This document shows, piece by piece, positions 36,373 to 48,604 of a stretch of 64,000 nt of DNA. Position numbers and translations under genes: made by a program. Every line of letters starts with the position of its first letter. The first letter of the stretch is position 1. The notes under the pieces were generated by a model, which was given only the letters and a program-made list of their open reading frames with translations, was not told the DNA's origin and made no database searches. This DNA comes from Lepidodermella squamata. Lineage: Eukaryota > Animalia > Gastrotricha. The stretch is taken from NCBI GenBank assembly GCA_047495785.1, contig JBLDXI010000066.1, forward strand, positions 434,001-498,000, written 5' to 3'.

Positions 36373-38128
36373 CTGAACGCTGAAGGCTGCGAAAGGGATT
36401 ACAGTGTGACTATCATTAATGTATTATGATGAAATTATGCGGTAATATCGCTGTGCGATAATTAACAATAATACCTGTGAGGTCATATGGATTAGGACTA
36501 TTGTAAAGAACAGGACTCAAGCTTGATATACAAGATTTACATGGTTTGCTAGCAAAGCCTTTGTTTTGTTCTCCGAAATAAACTGTCGGATTTAATAAAT
36601 GAAGAGTTATCTTCTTTTTCTTCTGATTTAGGCTCAGCTCTCGTCAGCAGATTTTTCCTCGCCCAGGCAAACTCCGGATGTTGCCATAAGACTGGTCTAA
36701 GGCTGGTTCGATGGCGTCTAAAGTTAATGACCAATGCCAGCCGAGAACAAAGTTTTTGATTCAGTGGTATCACAACGATGTTATTCCAAACAAAGTTCAT
36801 TCAAGTCGTCAATACTTTTTGCTCAATGTATAATTACGCTATTGTTAGCTTGACGGAATGCCTGTTAACGTCGATTGAGATGATGAAACTGGGTTAAATC
36901 ATGAGACGTAGGTAGGACGCGGAAGCTTGAACCCTGCCATGCTGACTGAAGTGTTGGCGTTTGAATACGCATGAATATTCTGCATATTTTACAGCTTGAA
37001 AAATAAAAATGACAGGGTTTAATAATTATATTAAAATAAATAATTACTGACAATTTGTATAAAAATTAGAAAGGTCAAGTTCTAAAAGCTACAGGAAACT
37101 GTAAGGTTCCATGGTAACCAGGCTGGATCCAGGTTCCCGGAAACCGTTCAGGTCAAGATCTTGGAGGACGATGGCAAACGATGGTCTAAACTGTTGGCTG
37201 ATGAACATGTTTGCATGACATGTTTTGGAATAAATTCCGCTTTGATTAATTGACACATGGCGTAGTTCTAGGTTTGTTACGCAATGAACCGGGAACACAG
37301 CCTAAGTAAAAAGTAATTCGTCTGCGAGTATTTTCTAGTGGATTTTCCTCAATTGATGAGTAAATCCCCATTGAAAGAAGGCCTGTTTTTTAAAGCGTCC
37401 CATCATTTATATCGCCCGTTTGTAGATCGGCCAAGTTTTGCCTGATTTCACCCCGAAGACAAGGCAATTGCAGCCTAGGCGATCGGCCACCAGATTGGCC
37501 ACCGGATTCTCAAATTTGACTGGAACTAGCTGCTATTCATGCTATTACATCGCAAAAATGCAGTTATTCTTTCGGCCTTTCAATTTACTGAGGCGAGTTC
37601 CAGCTAAAATGAGCCAAAAGCTGCTCATTTGCTTGTCAAGTTCGTCGACAAAACTGGAGCATAGATCTCAATTCAGCCCAGCCTAAGGTTATTTCAATCG
37701 TTTATTTATTTTTCTCTAGTCATGCCAACTTAAACTTTTTACCTGAAACATGAAAGTTAGGCGGGAGCTTATGCCGGATTTTTCATTTCGACTTTCGATT
37801 AGCTACAGTAACTAGCTAATAGAAAGCTGACAATTATTTCATTTATGAATAAGATTCCCGACTGCAGATTCAAGGGAAATTTCATGAATTTGCTATTTTT
37901 TCTGGGAATTTTCTGGATTATTCGTATAATTCAAGGGATTTTATTCAGCCACGTTGATTCCCGGATCCATTTTGTCACGAGGTCAACAAGCAACACAGAT
38001 ATTGGTTTTATTCAGCAATTTTATTTACAAAATAATTTGGATATTTGTTTCATCTCGCCCGAAGGCTCTGCCCGGTTTTTCACTTATAATGCTAAGCATT
38101 TGTTCGATTTAGCTATATTTTATTCTAA

Positions 38129-41100
38129 ATGTTACTGACCACATTGAATTTATTCTTTGTGGCTGTCTTCCTCGGCGAGGATCCTCTCGCCTTGCTGGAT
38201 TTGGGAGCTACGATTTTTAGCCTGGTTCTCATTGTCGTTTCAATTTCCCTGCTCGTCACTGGAGCTGTTCTCTTGTTTGCCTGTGTATGGATTTATTCCG
38301 GTAAAGGAGGGTGGCGAAAAGTCTTGTTATTCGCCATTCTATGCCAGGCTGGTACGGACTTTGACTACCAGCGAAACTCCATGAGAGTTTCGGATGAGCA
38401 ATACGAATGTTCGCATTCGCCGCAAATACTGTCGCATTCTTGCAGTTCGATGGATCTCGGGTAAATTAATCAAAAATTATGATATCCAACATGTTATTTT
38501 TCGATTTTTACGTGAAGCATCGGATCTTGTGATCCATTTGCATACAGCTACTTCAAAGCGACGTTGCTTTTGCGGAGTGGCGATGTAATTTATCTGTGGA
38601 ATTAAGACCATTTGAAAAAATATAATTTAACCTTGCTTAGGTTCAGTCGAACCCAGGCCCCGCGATAAAGTTCACGTCATTATCGCATGGCAAAAGCATT
38701 GCTAGTTCGAGCGGCCTAGCGTTACCCGGAAATACGTCTTGGCAACAGGAGGAAACGACACCTCGTGTACCTCATACCCGAAAAATCAAGGATGATACGT
38801 TACCTGGTAAAATATTTCTTCCCTTTATGATGGTAAGATGCATCCTAATGTTATAGAAATTCCGGAAAAACGAATTTTTGTCGAACAACCTGCTGCTGCT
38901 ATCATCCTTCAACCCAATTTCGCCACCAAGAGAGCCGCAATAGCAACAGCCGAAAATACTAGACTTTACGCGCCAACAGTCGCTGAATTGAGAGCGGCTG
39001 GATTTTCTGGTAAACCCGACGAAAATCTTCGAGTCGTTAGACTCACTCAAGCCAAAGGGAAACAGCGCATGGTGACGAATTCTACCTGTAAATCAAGCTG
39101 CGCATCCGTTGTGAAAGAAAATGCTAGATTGCGAAGGGAAAATCGATCATTGAGTAATACTCTGGCTACTTATCGAAGTAGAGCGAAAATGCGTAAAATC
39201 AAGTCGAAATGCCGGAAAAATCGTCGATTTACTAGCACTGCGACTCAAGCTGATATGCCTATCGAGATAGTCCACGCCCCGAAAAAGCACTTGACAAGTG
39301 ATGAGTTACAGGAACTGCTGACTCTTCAACACCGCCTTCGAAATATTGAATCAGTACATGCTATCAGGTATTCAAATAAAGCCGGCGAGATTCTCATGAG
39401 GGTAGCCTTAACAATCCACTCCATCAGTTCGAAGGCGTACGATTTTCTCAGAGATTCAGCAATCCTAATGTTACCTCACTCCTCCACCATTAACGCGGTC
39501 ACACCAGTCGATTACGAACCCGGAATTTCGGAAAGCTGCTTGATAATGCTCGCTGAACAAATCAAATCTTCTACTAAACCTGAAAGTTATCGACTGGGCC
39601 TGATATCATTAGATGCCATGTCAATATCAGGCGGCTTAGAGATTGTTGATAAGGGTAATACAATTGTGGGGATGTCCCTGGATGAACCTGGAACACCAGC
39701 TACGCAGTGTTTGTCCATCGTCCTGAAATATGTCGAAAATGTTACTACTGTAAACGTCGCCAATTTTCCAATGGTTAATATGCCTGTGGACAGAATTTCT
39801 CTTTTCTTGAAAAAGACAATCGAGAAATTGTTTCAATTGCCAACCCCAGTAATTGTTATCGCTGCGACGTGGGATGGCGCTGGAGAAAACTGGTCGTTGT
39901 ACAATGGCCTGGTAAAACACTTCGGATCTGATGGTTTTCCTCATCCTTTCGCTGAAGGCGTGAAAGTTCACCTGCTATTCGACCCGCCTCACATTTTGAA
40001 AATTTGTCGAAATGCTATAATTCATAAAAAGGTAGGCTCATGGGTTTCCTGAATGTCTTTCTAACGCCAATTTTTCTATGTGATTTTTTCAAATTAATAG
40101 ATTTGAAACGTAATTAAATTTAGTTTAAAAAAAATAAAATTTTAAAATTTTAAAAATGTTATATTTCAAACATACTTAATTAAAATTGAAAATAAACCAT
40201 TTAAAATAAAAAATTAGAATAAAATTCCTGGAAATATCTATAGGATAATTTTTTGAATTTCCAACTGTCATCCAATATTTTCACATTTTTTGTTATTTAT
40301 TGGACATTTTATTTGTAAAAATTTACAGTTGATCATCAACTTCGCAAATATCGACTGGCCTAAGTACTCAGCTGTGATGGAGCAGAAGCTAATCGATAAG
40401 TTTCCGAAAATTGGGAAAGGTCGTGTAAACTGGGCCTACATTGTTGAGATATTTGAGCGAGATCGTAATCGCCTCGTCCAAAGGAGCACCAAGCTATCTC
40501 GCCATAGTGTTTATGCCGTCCAACGGAAAAGTGCGCCACAAAAAATGAAAGTTTCGTATGCGGCCCAGACTTTGTCTCGTTCTGTTGCCATTGAAATTCT
40601 TCTTACTCACCCCGATGATTTGGACGCAGCAGCAACCGCGTTTTTTTGTCTTCTTATCGACGCGTGGTTTGATTGTTTCAACGGAGAGAGTAACTCCCAG
40701 GGTACGAGCAAGCCAGAATCCTACACCTGGAAGCCTAACCTGGCTCCATACGAAGACCCGAACGACAAAAGATTAATTTGGCTCTTGGAAACATTTGTGC
40801 CGTTGATCAAAACTATAAATGCTGATAACAAATCAGACAAAACCACTCTTTCCTGGCAGGCGAATCGAGCCTTAATCGAGACTTCTACCAACATGGCTGC
40901 TCTCATTAGATTCGCTTTATCGCAGGGTGTCCAGAGATTTTACCCAGCCAGGGCTAACCAAGACGCAAACGAAATGTTATTCAACCAGTTCCGGCGGGAC
41001 GGAAATTCTTCGAAATCAAATCCCACTTTTCGGGCAATTCAGAGACGTGCCGGCACATTGCGAGTTGCAGGTGGTTATTGGGGAGTTTCCCGCGGTGGTA

Positions 41101-41609
41101 ATGTGGAATCTAGGGGCGCTGTCGGATCCTTAGACTTGAAATGTGCCCGGAAATTGAAGAAAATGGCCTGGGAGAAGGCGAAGATGTCCAGTGTTCACCG
41201 GATTCATTTACCAAGCCACCTTACGTTTGACCATAATACAATCACTTGGATTGCGGGCTTCCTAACGAAAAAACTGGGCCTGAAACCAACCGATGCTTTC
41301 CACAGTGATTACGTGGAACTTCGATCGAGAGGCGGTGCCACCCAGCCAAATGGCGATGTTTTGTGCGTCGTTAAGGTCGCTCTGTCGGCCTGCTATCGAG
41401 AAGACCTTGTCATCTTCAAAAAATTGGACGATGTAGCCCTGCGTTTGGGACATCAAGTAACAAAAATTAAAGACAAATCTATAATTTTACCAATTTTATG
41501 CCGGCTTAAGTATATTCTTGCCCGAAGAACTGTACGATTTTATCGCGAGAAATTCGGGGCATCCTCTGTGTCTCTTCGCTCGAGCTTGAAACAATTCAAG
41601 AAGGACTGA
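38129..41609 (+). CDS. P-element (THAP9-like) transposase of about 1006 aa, preceded by a signal/TM module and a 2A-like peptide; no THAP domain
   Basis: Exons 38129-38460, 38518-38584, 38641-38806, 38857-40031 and 40329-41609 are phase-compatible and stop-free (3021 nt). P-transposase motifs LISLDAMSI, TWDGAGEN, FDPPHILKICRN, KMKVSYAAQTLSRSVA, WFDCFN, NQDANEMLF...NPT, WIAGFL, SRGG. The transposase identity is firm; the 5' exons are a manual model. Confidence 0.85.
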
Positions 41610-43020
41610 AAATTCTCTAATCTGTTGAATTCATCTCAGTTATGTGTTCAATTTATCGAATTCATCAAATTTTCAATTAGCCAATTAGTCTTCGATTTTT
41701 CCTCTTTATTTTCGGCTTTATTAACTTGAACTGTTTCACTTTTGAGACCTAGGCTTGGCAAATTGTGTTGCGAAATCTCATCAGCCTGATCTTTACTCTA
41801 CTGTACCACTTTATTTAGTTTCTTCGTATTTCATTTTCACGGCGAAATTAATGTAATATCCAATGGGAGAAGTGACATTGTTGTGTTTTATCCTTCCAAT
41901 TTTGAAAAGGCAGTCTAAATCTGTCGCATTGAGCAATTATTGTGGCGAAGTTTCAAATTTCCACGTCTCGATTTTTATTCAAGCGAAAAATAATAAAAAT
42001 AAAGAAAACGTGTTTTTATGAGCAGTTGACTCGTTGCCATATGGCGATCGGCGTGCAATTTAATGAGATGATTCATCTCATTATTTTCTCCAAGTGATCT
42101 TTGACCCTAATTATCTCTGCCAACACTTTTTTCTCGTAAACAACCCAGCTGCGGCGTCCTAGCTACGTCTCATGCTTTTTCCTGGTTTGAAATTACGACC
42201 GATGATGTATGATCATCCAACGGCTTTACAACAGCTGCTCGTTTCAAAGCAGCCATTGATTTAAATAAATTCTCCTGAAAAATATTTAGAAAAAAAACGG
42301 AATTGAAATTACTTTTGGGATAATAAAAAAATTAAAATGTACTTGTCTTTAGTTAATTTGAGCGCTTTGAGACGTGATGTATTGAGCTGTGATAAAAGCT
42401 TGCTATTCATGCCTCACTTAGCAACCTCGCACTTGAAAAACCCAGAAAAAAACCGCTAAGGTAATTCTCGCTCTGGGCAAACATGAAGCGGGAAAAATGA
42501 AAAAGCCAAGAATAATCTGAAAAATTGCTTCATTTTATTGAAAGGTGTCTAATAAATGAGCTATGAAAAAGGTAGAAAATTGAAAAATAGCTAAAAATAT
42601 CATCTATAGATGAGCGATTAGTTTCATCGAGCAGTCACGTTTCGTCGTTGTTGTTGTTGTTGTGATGGCGTTGTAGTAGTGGCGGGTGGCTTCTTCTCGG
42701 CTGGTTTCTTTCGCGGCCACAACGAGTACAAGATGATAGCATTTATCTCGCCAATGAGCTTGAATAAAAAATTAAAAAATATTAAGAGTTTTTTTGGAAA
42801 ATTTGGAAGTGTCATCGATATCGATTTTGCGCGAACCTGTGATCTAACCGCCGAAAGCATTTCGCATTTCGTAGTAAATCTCATATTGCCGATGAATTTT
42901 TTCTTTGAGAGCGGCTTCCTAGCTATTTCTCTAATCTATTAGTGTCAATTCGCGTATCACGTGACCGAAAAATGTGAGAATATAAAATTCTTGCTCCCCA
43001 ATTTTTTCTCTATACACAAA

Positions 43021-44437
43021 TTACAATAGGGTCAATAGGGCAAAAAAAAATACAAATCATGTTATATTCTGGGCTTTGATCTTTCATTGATTTTTCACTT
43101 TTTTTGAAAATCATGAAAAAATTCTTAAAGTTGCATACCATAAGGAGAGTGACGATTCCAATAGCTATGCCGAGCCAAAACAAGGCCGTTGTATCGATGT
43201 AGTTTTTAATCACGTACCAACATCCGAATGATTGCTGTAATATACGCAAATTTATTCCACAATTTTGGCGAAAAAATAAAGCAAACCTGGTAATCCTCAA
43301 CTGCGTATTTGCAGACATTTGAATAGCCGAGTTCTCTATCCGTTGCGGCATTCCAGCCCTGGATGCCGCAGCATTCGCCGTGGTACTGAACGGCGTCGAT
43401 GACGATTTTCGACGAGCTGCAAGCGCCGTTTTCGAAAAAGCCATACCGCCCAACGCCGAGCATGTAGTCGAACGAGTTGTAAATCCAACTCATAAAATAG
43501 TCGTACAGCTGCTGCATGTAGTAGACGAGGAGGTAGAAAATAGGCAGGGCAACCATGATGATTGTTTGAAAAACAGAATACTAGAAAAAATTAATCATTA
43601 TTAAATCATAAAAATCATAAATTAATTAAATATTGAAAATAATTTTTTTCCAATTTTAATTCTAAATTCTAAATTTCAAAAATATATTGTTATATATTTG
43701 AAATTTAATTGAAATTTAATTTTTAAATTTTTTTGGAATTTATTTGAATTTTTAAATTTTTTATTAAATTTTTGAAAAATGACTCACGACAACGAGAAAA
43801 GCTCGGTTGCAGCATCGGGCTAGTGAAACCAGGCCCAAGAATGCTAAAATAGCAAGATAGCCGCCGAAGCAAACCGTGCAGAGGAGGAGAATTGCTGAGA
43901 GTGAAATTTGCCACCACTGTATCACGAGGTCATTAACGCCTAGGCCGTTTCCAACGCACATCCTTGTGTTGCCTCGCTCTGAAATATCAGCGTACATAGC
44001 TTCGAGAATCGGGCCATAGGAGCCTAGCATATAGGATGGGTAGACTATCGCGAGGATGGAGGTAATAACCATGAAAAGGCCAATCATCTATTTAAAAAAA
44101 ATTATTAAAATTATTAAAAAAATTGAAACATTTTTGAGAAATTCAAATTTCATTTTATTGTATTAAAAGGCGATCAATAGTTTTATATTTAAAATTAATA
44201 ATCGCTAAAAGACCAAAATATTTCAATAAAATTATTAAATTGATTAAAAAATAGGAATATTATCGAAAATTGAAATTTCCCTAAATTTAATTAAGTTGCC
44301 AACATTATTTTATATATTGACATTTTTTCAATTTTTTTGAAAATTTCAATCAAGCTTACCAGTTGCAAAGCATTAGCTAAGCAGAAAAAGACGATGCTGG
44401 CGATTAGGCAAGCATCCCATCCGGTTTTCCGTTGCAT
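43021..44437 (-). CDS. Tetraspanin-like protein (multi-exon)
   Basis: Four hydrophobic segments and a large loop with ECCG ... C ... GC before TM4. Exons at about 44437-44360, 44087-43788, 43582-43289, 43234-43139 and 43068-43021. Confidence 0.8.
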
Positions 44438-44684
44438 TGTCTCGTTTTAGACACGAAAAATTATGAATAAATGTGAGTAAATTGCCAGTAGTACCCTCGG
44501 TGCAAACGATTGTTTATACTCAGGTAAGAACGTGTACCTTTATTACTATCAACTTTTGCATACTCACCGCAAGTATTTTTCTCTCATTGTTTTCATGATA
44601 TATATTATTTCAATTTGTTTTCTTTATTTTTTTCACGTCATACACCTAAAAACGCGTTTTACTACGTGCACGTATAGCTAGATA

Positions 44685-47600
44685 CAGGGTGTTCCTTTCA
44701 CAACCGAACATCCTGCCGTAGTCGCGAAAAAAAAATCTGCCGGTTAATTTGAGAAAATAATTTACTAAAGTAATTTTTAAACACTTTTAATAATTATTTT
44801 TAATTTTATTTTCAGTTGCAAAATGCCCTTGAATTTTAGCGCGCGTTACCACGTCGACGCGTTGGTTTTCAAATTTTAGCCGTTAAAACGCCTGAAATCA
44901 GGGTTTTCTAACCCAGTTCTTAAGATAGTCAGCAAGCGCGTAGCTCTACGTCTGACAAATTTTAAGTCAGTAAAGCGAGCTGAATGCAATAGCCGCGTCC
45001 TTTTTTCTTAATCTATCCCAGTTTCCGCGATGTGATATACCCAAAATCGGTAAAAAGAGCCTTAAATTGCGGTTTTTTGCCGTTGAAATTCACCGCTGGG
45101 ATCAAAACGAAATCGGTGTAATGTGGTTTTCTGCTGTCATTGACGATGCTAATGGTATATCCAGCGGCCCTGATAAATTATTGCTCAAGTTTGAGTCCGC
45201 GGATCAGAGAAATGCACCCTTTTATTGCCAAAGTGCAATGCAACAAGCTGTTTCACGGTAAAAATGGTAGTGGCATCATATAAATGGATGGAAAGACGGG
45301 TAACAAAGTGTCGCGATTACATCTATACATGTCGCTGATCTGAGTAAGACATTTGCTCCTTCTTCATAATTAATAATTCCACATCCTGGTGTTGTTATAC
45401 CAAGTCATCCGCATTGATGCCGCAGTCCCCTATTCCCGATTGATCAAAGCTGATCTCAAGGGCTTTGCCGCGATTATATCGAGCATTTTCTCTTAAAATT
45501 ATTTTACTCACATAGCCTAACGATAAAATAACAAGGCAAGGTGATCATAGATTTGATTGGTATAGTTTAGCCGCTAAACTTCTGCCGCTCATATCGGCCG
45601 TTCGTAATGTCGTCATGTTAAACTTCCTTACCATAGATAGTGGTTCATATGCCTTTTACTATGCATAACCCTGGCAACTACATGCTTAGTAAGGACTGCC
45701 TTCCTAAGGATCGTATGGACTGCATTCCGCGTCATTTAAGGTGCACAGCTCTATCCGAGATCACTTCCTTAGATCGCTTAGACGTTGAGGCGGAGAATTC
45801 TGAGTATGGATCGTCTCAGGTAGCCACCCTTACTAGGCGGACCAGTGACGCTGCATCCTTACTGAAAGCCATTTTGCTAAGGATGTCCTTAGCAAGTAAC
45901 GCATAACAAAGACGAGCGTCTCCATAGCGTCTCCATAGCGTAACTAATTTAGCATCCTTAGCACCCTTAACAAGGAAAATCAACATGGCAAGACCATTCG
46001 CACCATTCAAATCAAGTTAAGTGTCTAACAAAGCGTCACATAAGCTGCACTTGCATACTAATTTGTAGCATCCGGGGGCGGAGCACGTCGTTAAAAGTGA
46101 GATAATAGCACCGTTTCAGTGAAGATTTCACTGATATCACCGGATTATAGGACAGCCAGGATAACTGAGACAACGCTCAGAGACTGATAACTCGTCTGTG
46201 GCAGCGCGGGGCGGCTACCGGAACAGTTTGATAACAATCAGTGGTTTCTGTGTTCTATTTCATTGATTTCCTTGCGGCAACTAGTAGTCGTGGCCTGCGT
46301 AACTGTTTTTGACTGTGGCATTCCCAAGTTCAGCACGATGTCAGTCTTTCTCTTTTGATAAGCGTCATTTCGATCTCCGTAACTGCACACGTTCAGTAAG
46401 ATCAGTCCAGCAATCTCACATAGATTTACTGTTTCTTGACAATCAGAGAAGCTTTCTGATGGTAGAAGATATTGAGAAACCGTACCTTCCGCCGGCCTTT
46501 CGCTAGATATCTAGAGAAAAACCAGTTAGAGAGTGAGTTTAGGAACGCTTTTATGCTTTCATGCTATATCAGTCCCGCGGGGATTTAAACTTGTCGTGAG
46601 ATTTAGTTGAGTCTTCTGCAAAATTTTAACACGCTTATAGCTATATATTCAAATAATGAATAAAATTCATGCATGGAACTCTACTGACCGCTACATCACG
46701 AAGGAATGCGGCTACAACGCGTTGAGACGTCCTCTAACAAGGATGAGTATGACATAGGAAAGCCGACCCAGCGCTCGAGTTATGGCGGCAACACCAGCTT
46801 TTTTCTGCTTTATCGTCAAACTGAAATAGTCTCTAAGCAAATTAAATTGTTTCAGCCGCAATCTAACCGCTACATTGTCAGCTAACATCAAAAATATTCC
46901 GAATAACCCGAAAAAACCCGAAAAAGGCATGCCAAGTCACTGAAATTGAAAAACCGCGCCGATCAACCTACAAGTAATGGTAACTAAGATATATACACTA
47001 TATTCTACAAGAAAACGATGAGAAAGATTGTTCTTGCCAGATTATTTTAAGAGATGGACCATCTTTAAGGTAGCTGATCTGGCCTAATGATGACGTCTAA
47101 CCGGAGTGGGTATGGCAGACGAAAGTCGATCCTGCGCTCGAATTACGGCGGCAAAACCAGCTTTTTCCTGCTTAATTGTCATACTGATATAGTCTCTAAG
47201 AAAAATCAACCAATGTTACCGCAATCTGACCGTTGAATGATTTGCTAACATCAATAAAGTTCCGATAAACCCGAAAAACTCCATTTCAACGTCTAAATGC
47301 ATCCTAAGCCATAAAACCTGAAAAACCACGGTGACCCCTCAAAAAGACATGGTAACTGAGAAATATACGCTCTGTTCTACAAGAAAACAGTCAGTAACAA
47401 TGCAAATAAAGCAGATTTCATCATTAGGGGCCATCTTGAAGATTGTTCATCTGACCAGATAAAGAGATCTAACACAGCAGGTATGGCAGAAGGAGATCAA
47501 TCCTGCTCACGAGTTAGTATGGCAACACCGACTTTTTCTTGTTTTATTGTCAACTTATCTATGTCTCTGAGTAGATTCACTCATTTGAGTGCCAATTTGA

Positions 47601-48399
47601 CCGCTGAATTGTTTGTTAATATCATAAATGTTCCGAATATACCGAAAAACTCCATTTTCTGGACAGAATGCATCCATAGCAGCAGCAAGTGAAAAACCGC
47701 GGTGACCCCCCAAAAAGTCACGGTAGCTAAGAAGTATTTACTCTGCTTTACAAGAAAACATCGAGATGCAGTGTTTTTTACGGGTGATTTGTAGCCATGG
47801 ACCACCTTGAACATGGTGATATTGAGATCTTTACTCTGAAAGACCGATTGGCTGTTCGGGCAAGCTTGCTAAAAATAACCATCATCCTAAAGAAAGGCTG
47901 TGGTCATCTTGTAGAGAATACATAACTATACTTAGAAACACTGTTTCCGCAAGGTATTACCGCACTTAGGTTAAAGTTTCTGGGGTTAAACGCCCAAGAA
48001 CTGCGAAAAACGTCACAAAAAAGGCTTGTTTAGGCTTAGCGGTTACATCTAATTGAGCCATATTTAGAAAAAAAGACGCCGGCTGCCATATTAAATGCTT
48101 GAAATGCTGTCAGAAAAACACTAACAAAGGTGTCGTCACCGGTGATAAAATGCGGAATTACGGGGGAGAAGTTGCGCGCCAGGAAACTTGCGGTGCGCGG
48201 AGCGGCTACAACGCGAAAACGCGCGGCATCGCGCAGCACGCTTTTCCGTAGCAACAAAATTGTTATTTAAAAAAAATTATTAATATAATAAAATAAAAAT
48301 ATTTTTAAAAGGATATTTAATTTTGTGCATAAAATTTTGCGGTAGCACGCGATTTTCCAACGCGCGCGGCGGATGTTCGGTTTCGAAAGGAACACCCTG
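44685..48399. mobile_element. Tc1/mariner-type non-autonomous 3.7-kb element with non-transposase interior
   Basis: TA|CAGGGTGTTCCTTTCACAACCGAACATCC ... GGATGTTCGGTTTCGAAAGGAACACCCTG|TA. No DD34D/E ORF inside. Confidence 0.85.
46712..47830 (-). repeat. Three diverged tandem ~370-bp units encoding a decayed hydrophobic protein segment
   Basis: Each unit reads FLV[EK]Q..Y...GVT.VF...[EG]FFG.[FI]G...[MI]L.[ND]...V[RK]L.L...LLRD...[LM]TIKQ[EK]K[AV]G, with internal stops. Confidence 0.75.
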
Positions 48400-48604
48400 T
48401 ACAAAAAAACTGGCAGTAAAAAATCGTTAATTAATTGACTGATTGGTAAAAGATGTGATAAATTGATCGAACGAGGTTTCTAGACGTCATTTATTATTCC
48501 GCTGTGTGGTGGTATGTAGCGACAACAAACCTTAGACACAGTTGGGTAGTGATCGATCGAAACGCAACACGCTGCAGTATTCAGTTTAGATTCAGAGAAA
48601 AAAG

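Noticed and set aside
42624-42942. Short ORFs with Gln/Thr runs
   Set aside because: Driven by a (CAA)n microsatellite; no consistent exon structure or recognisable domain.
36400-43000. TIRs/TSD for the P-element transposase
   Set aside because: I searched both flanks by eye for CANRG-type inverted ends and found no convincing pair, so no element boundary is reported.
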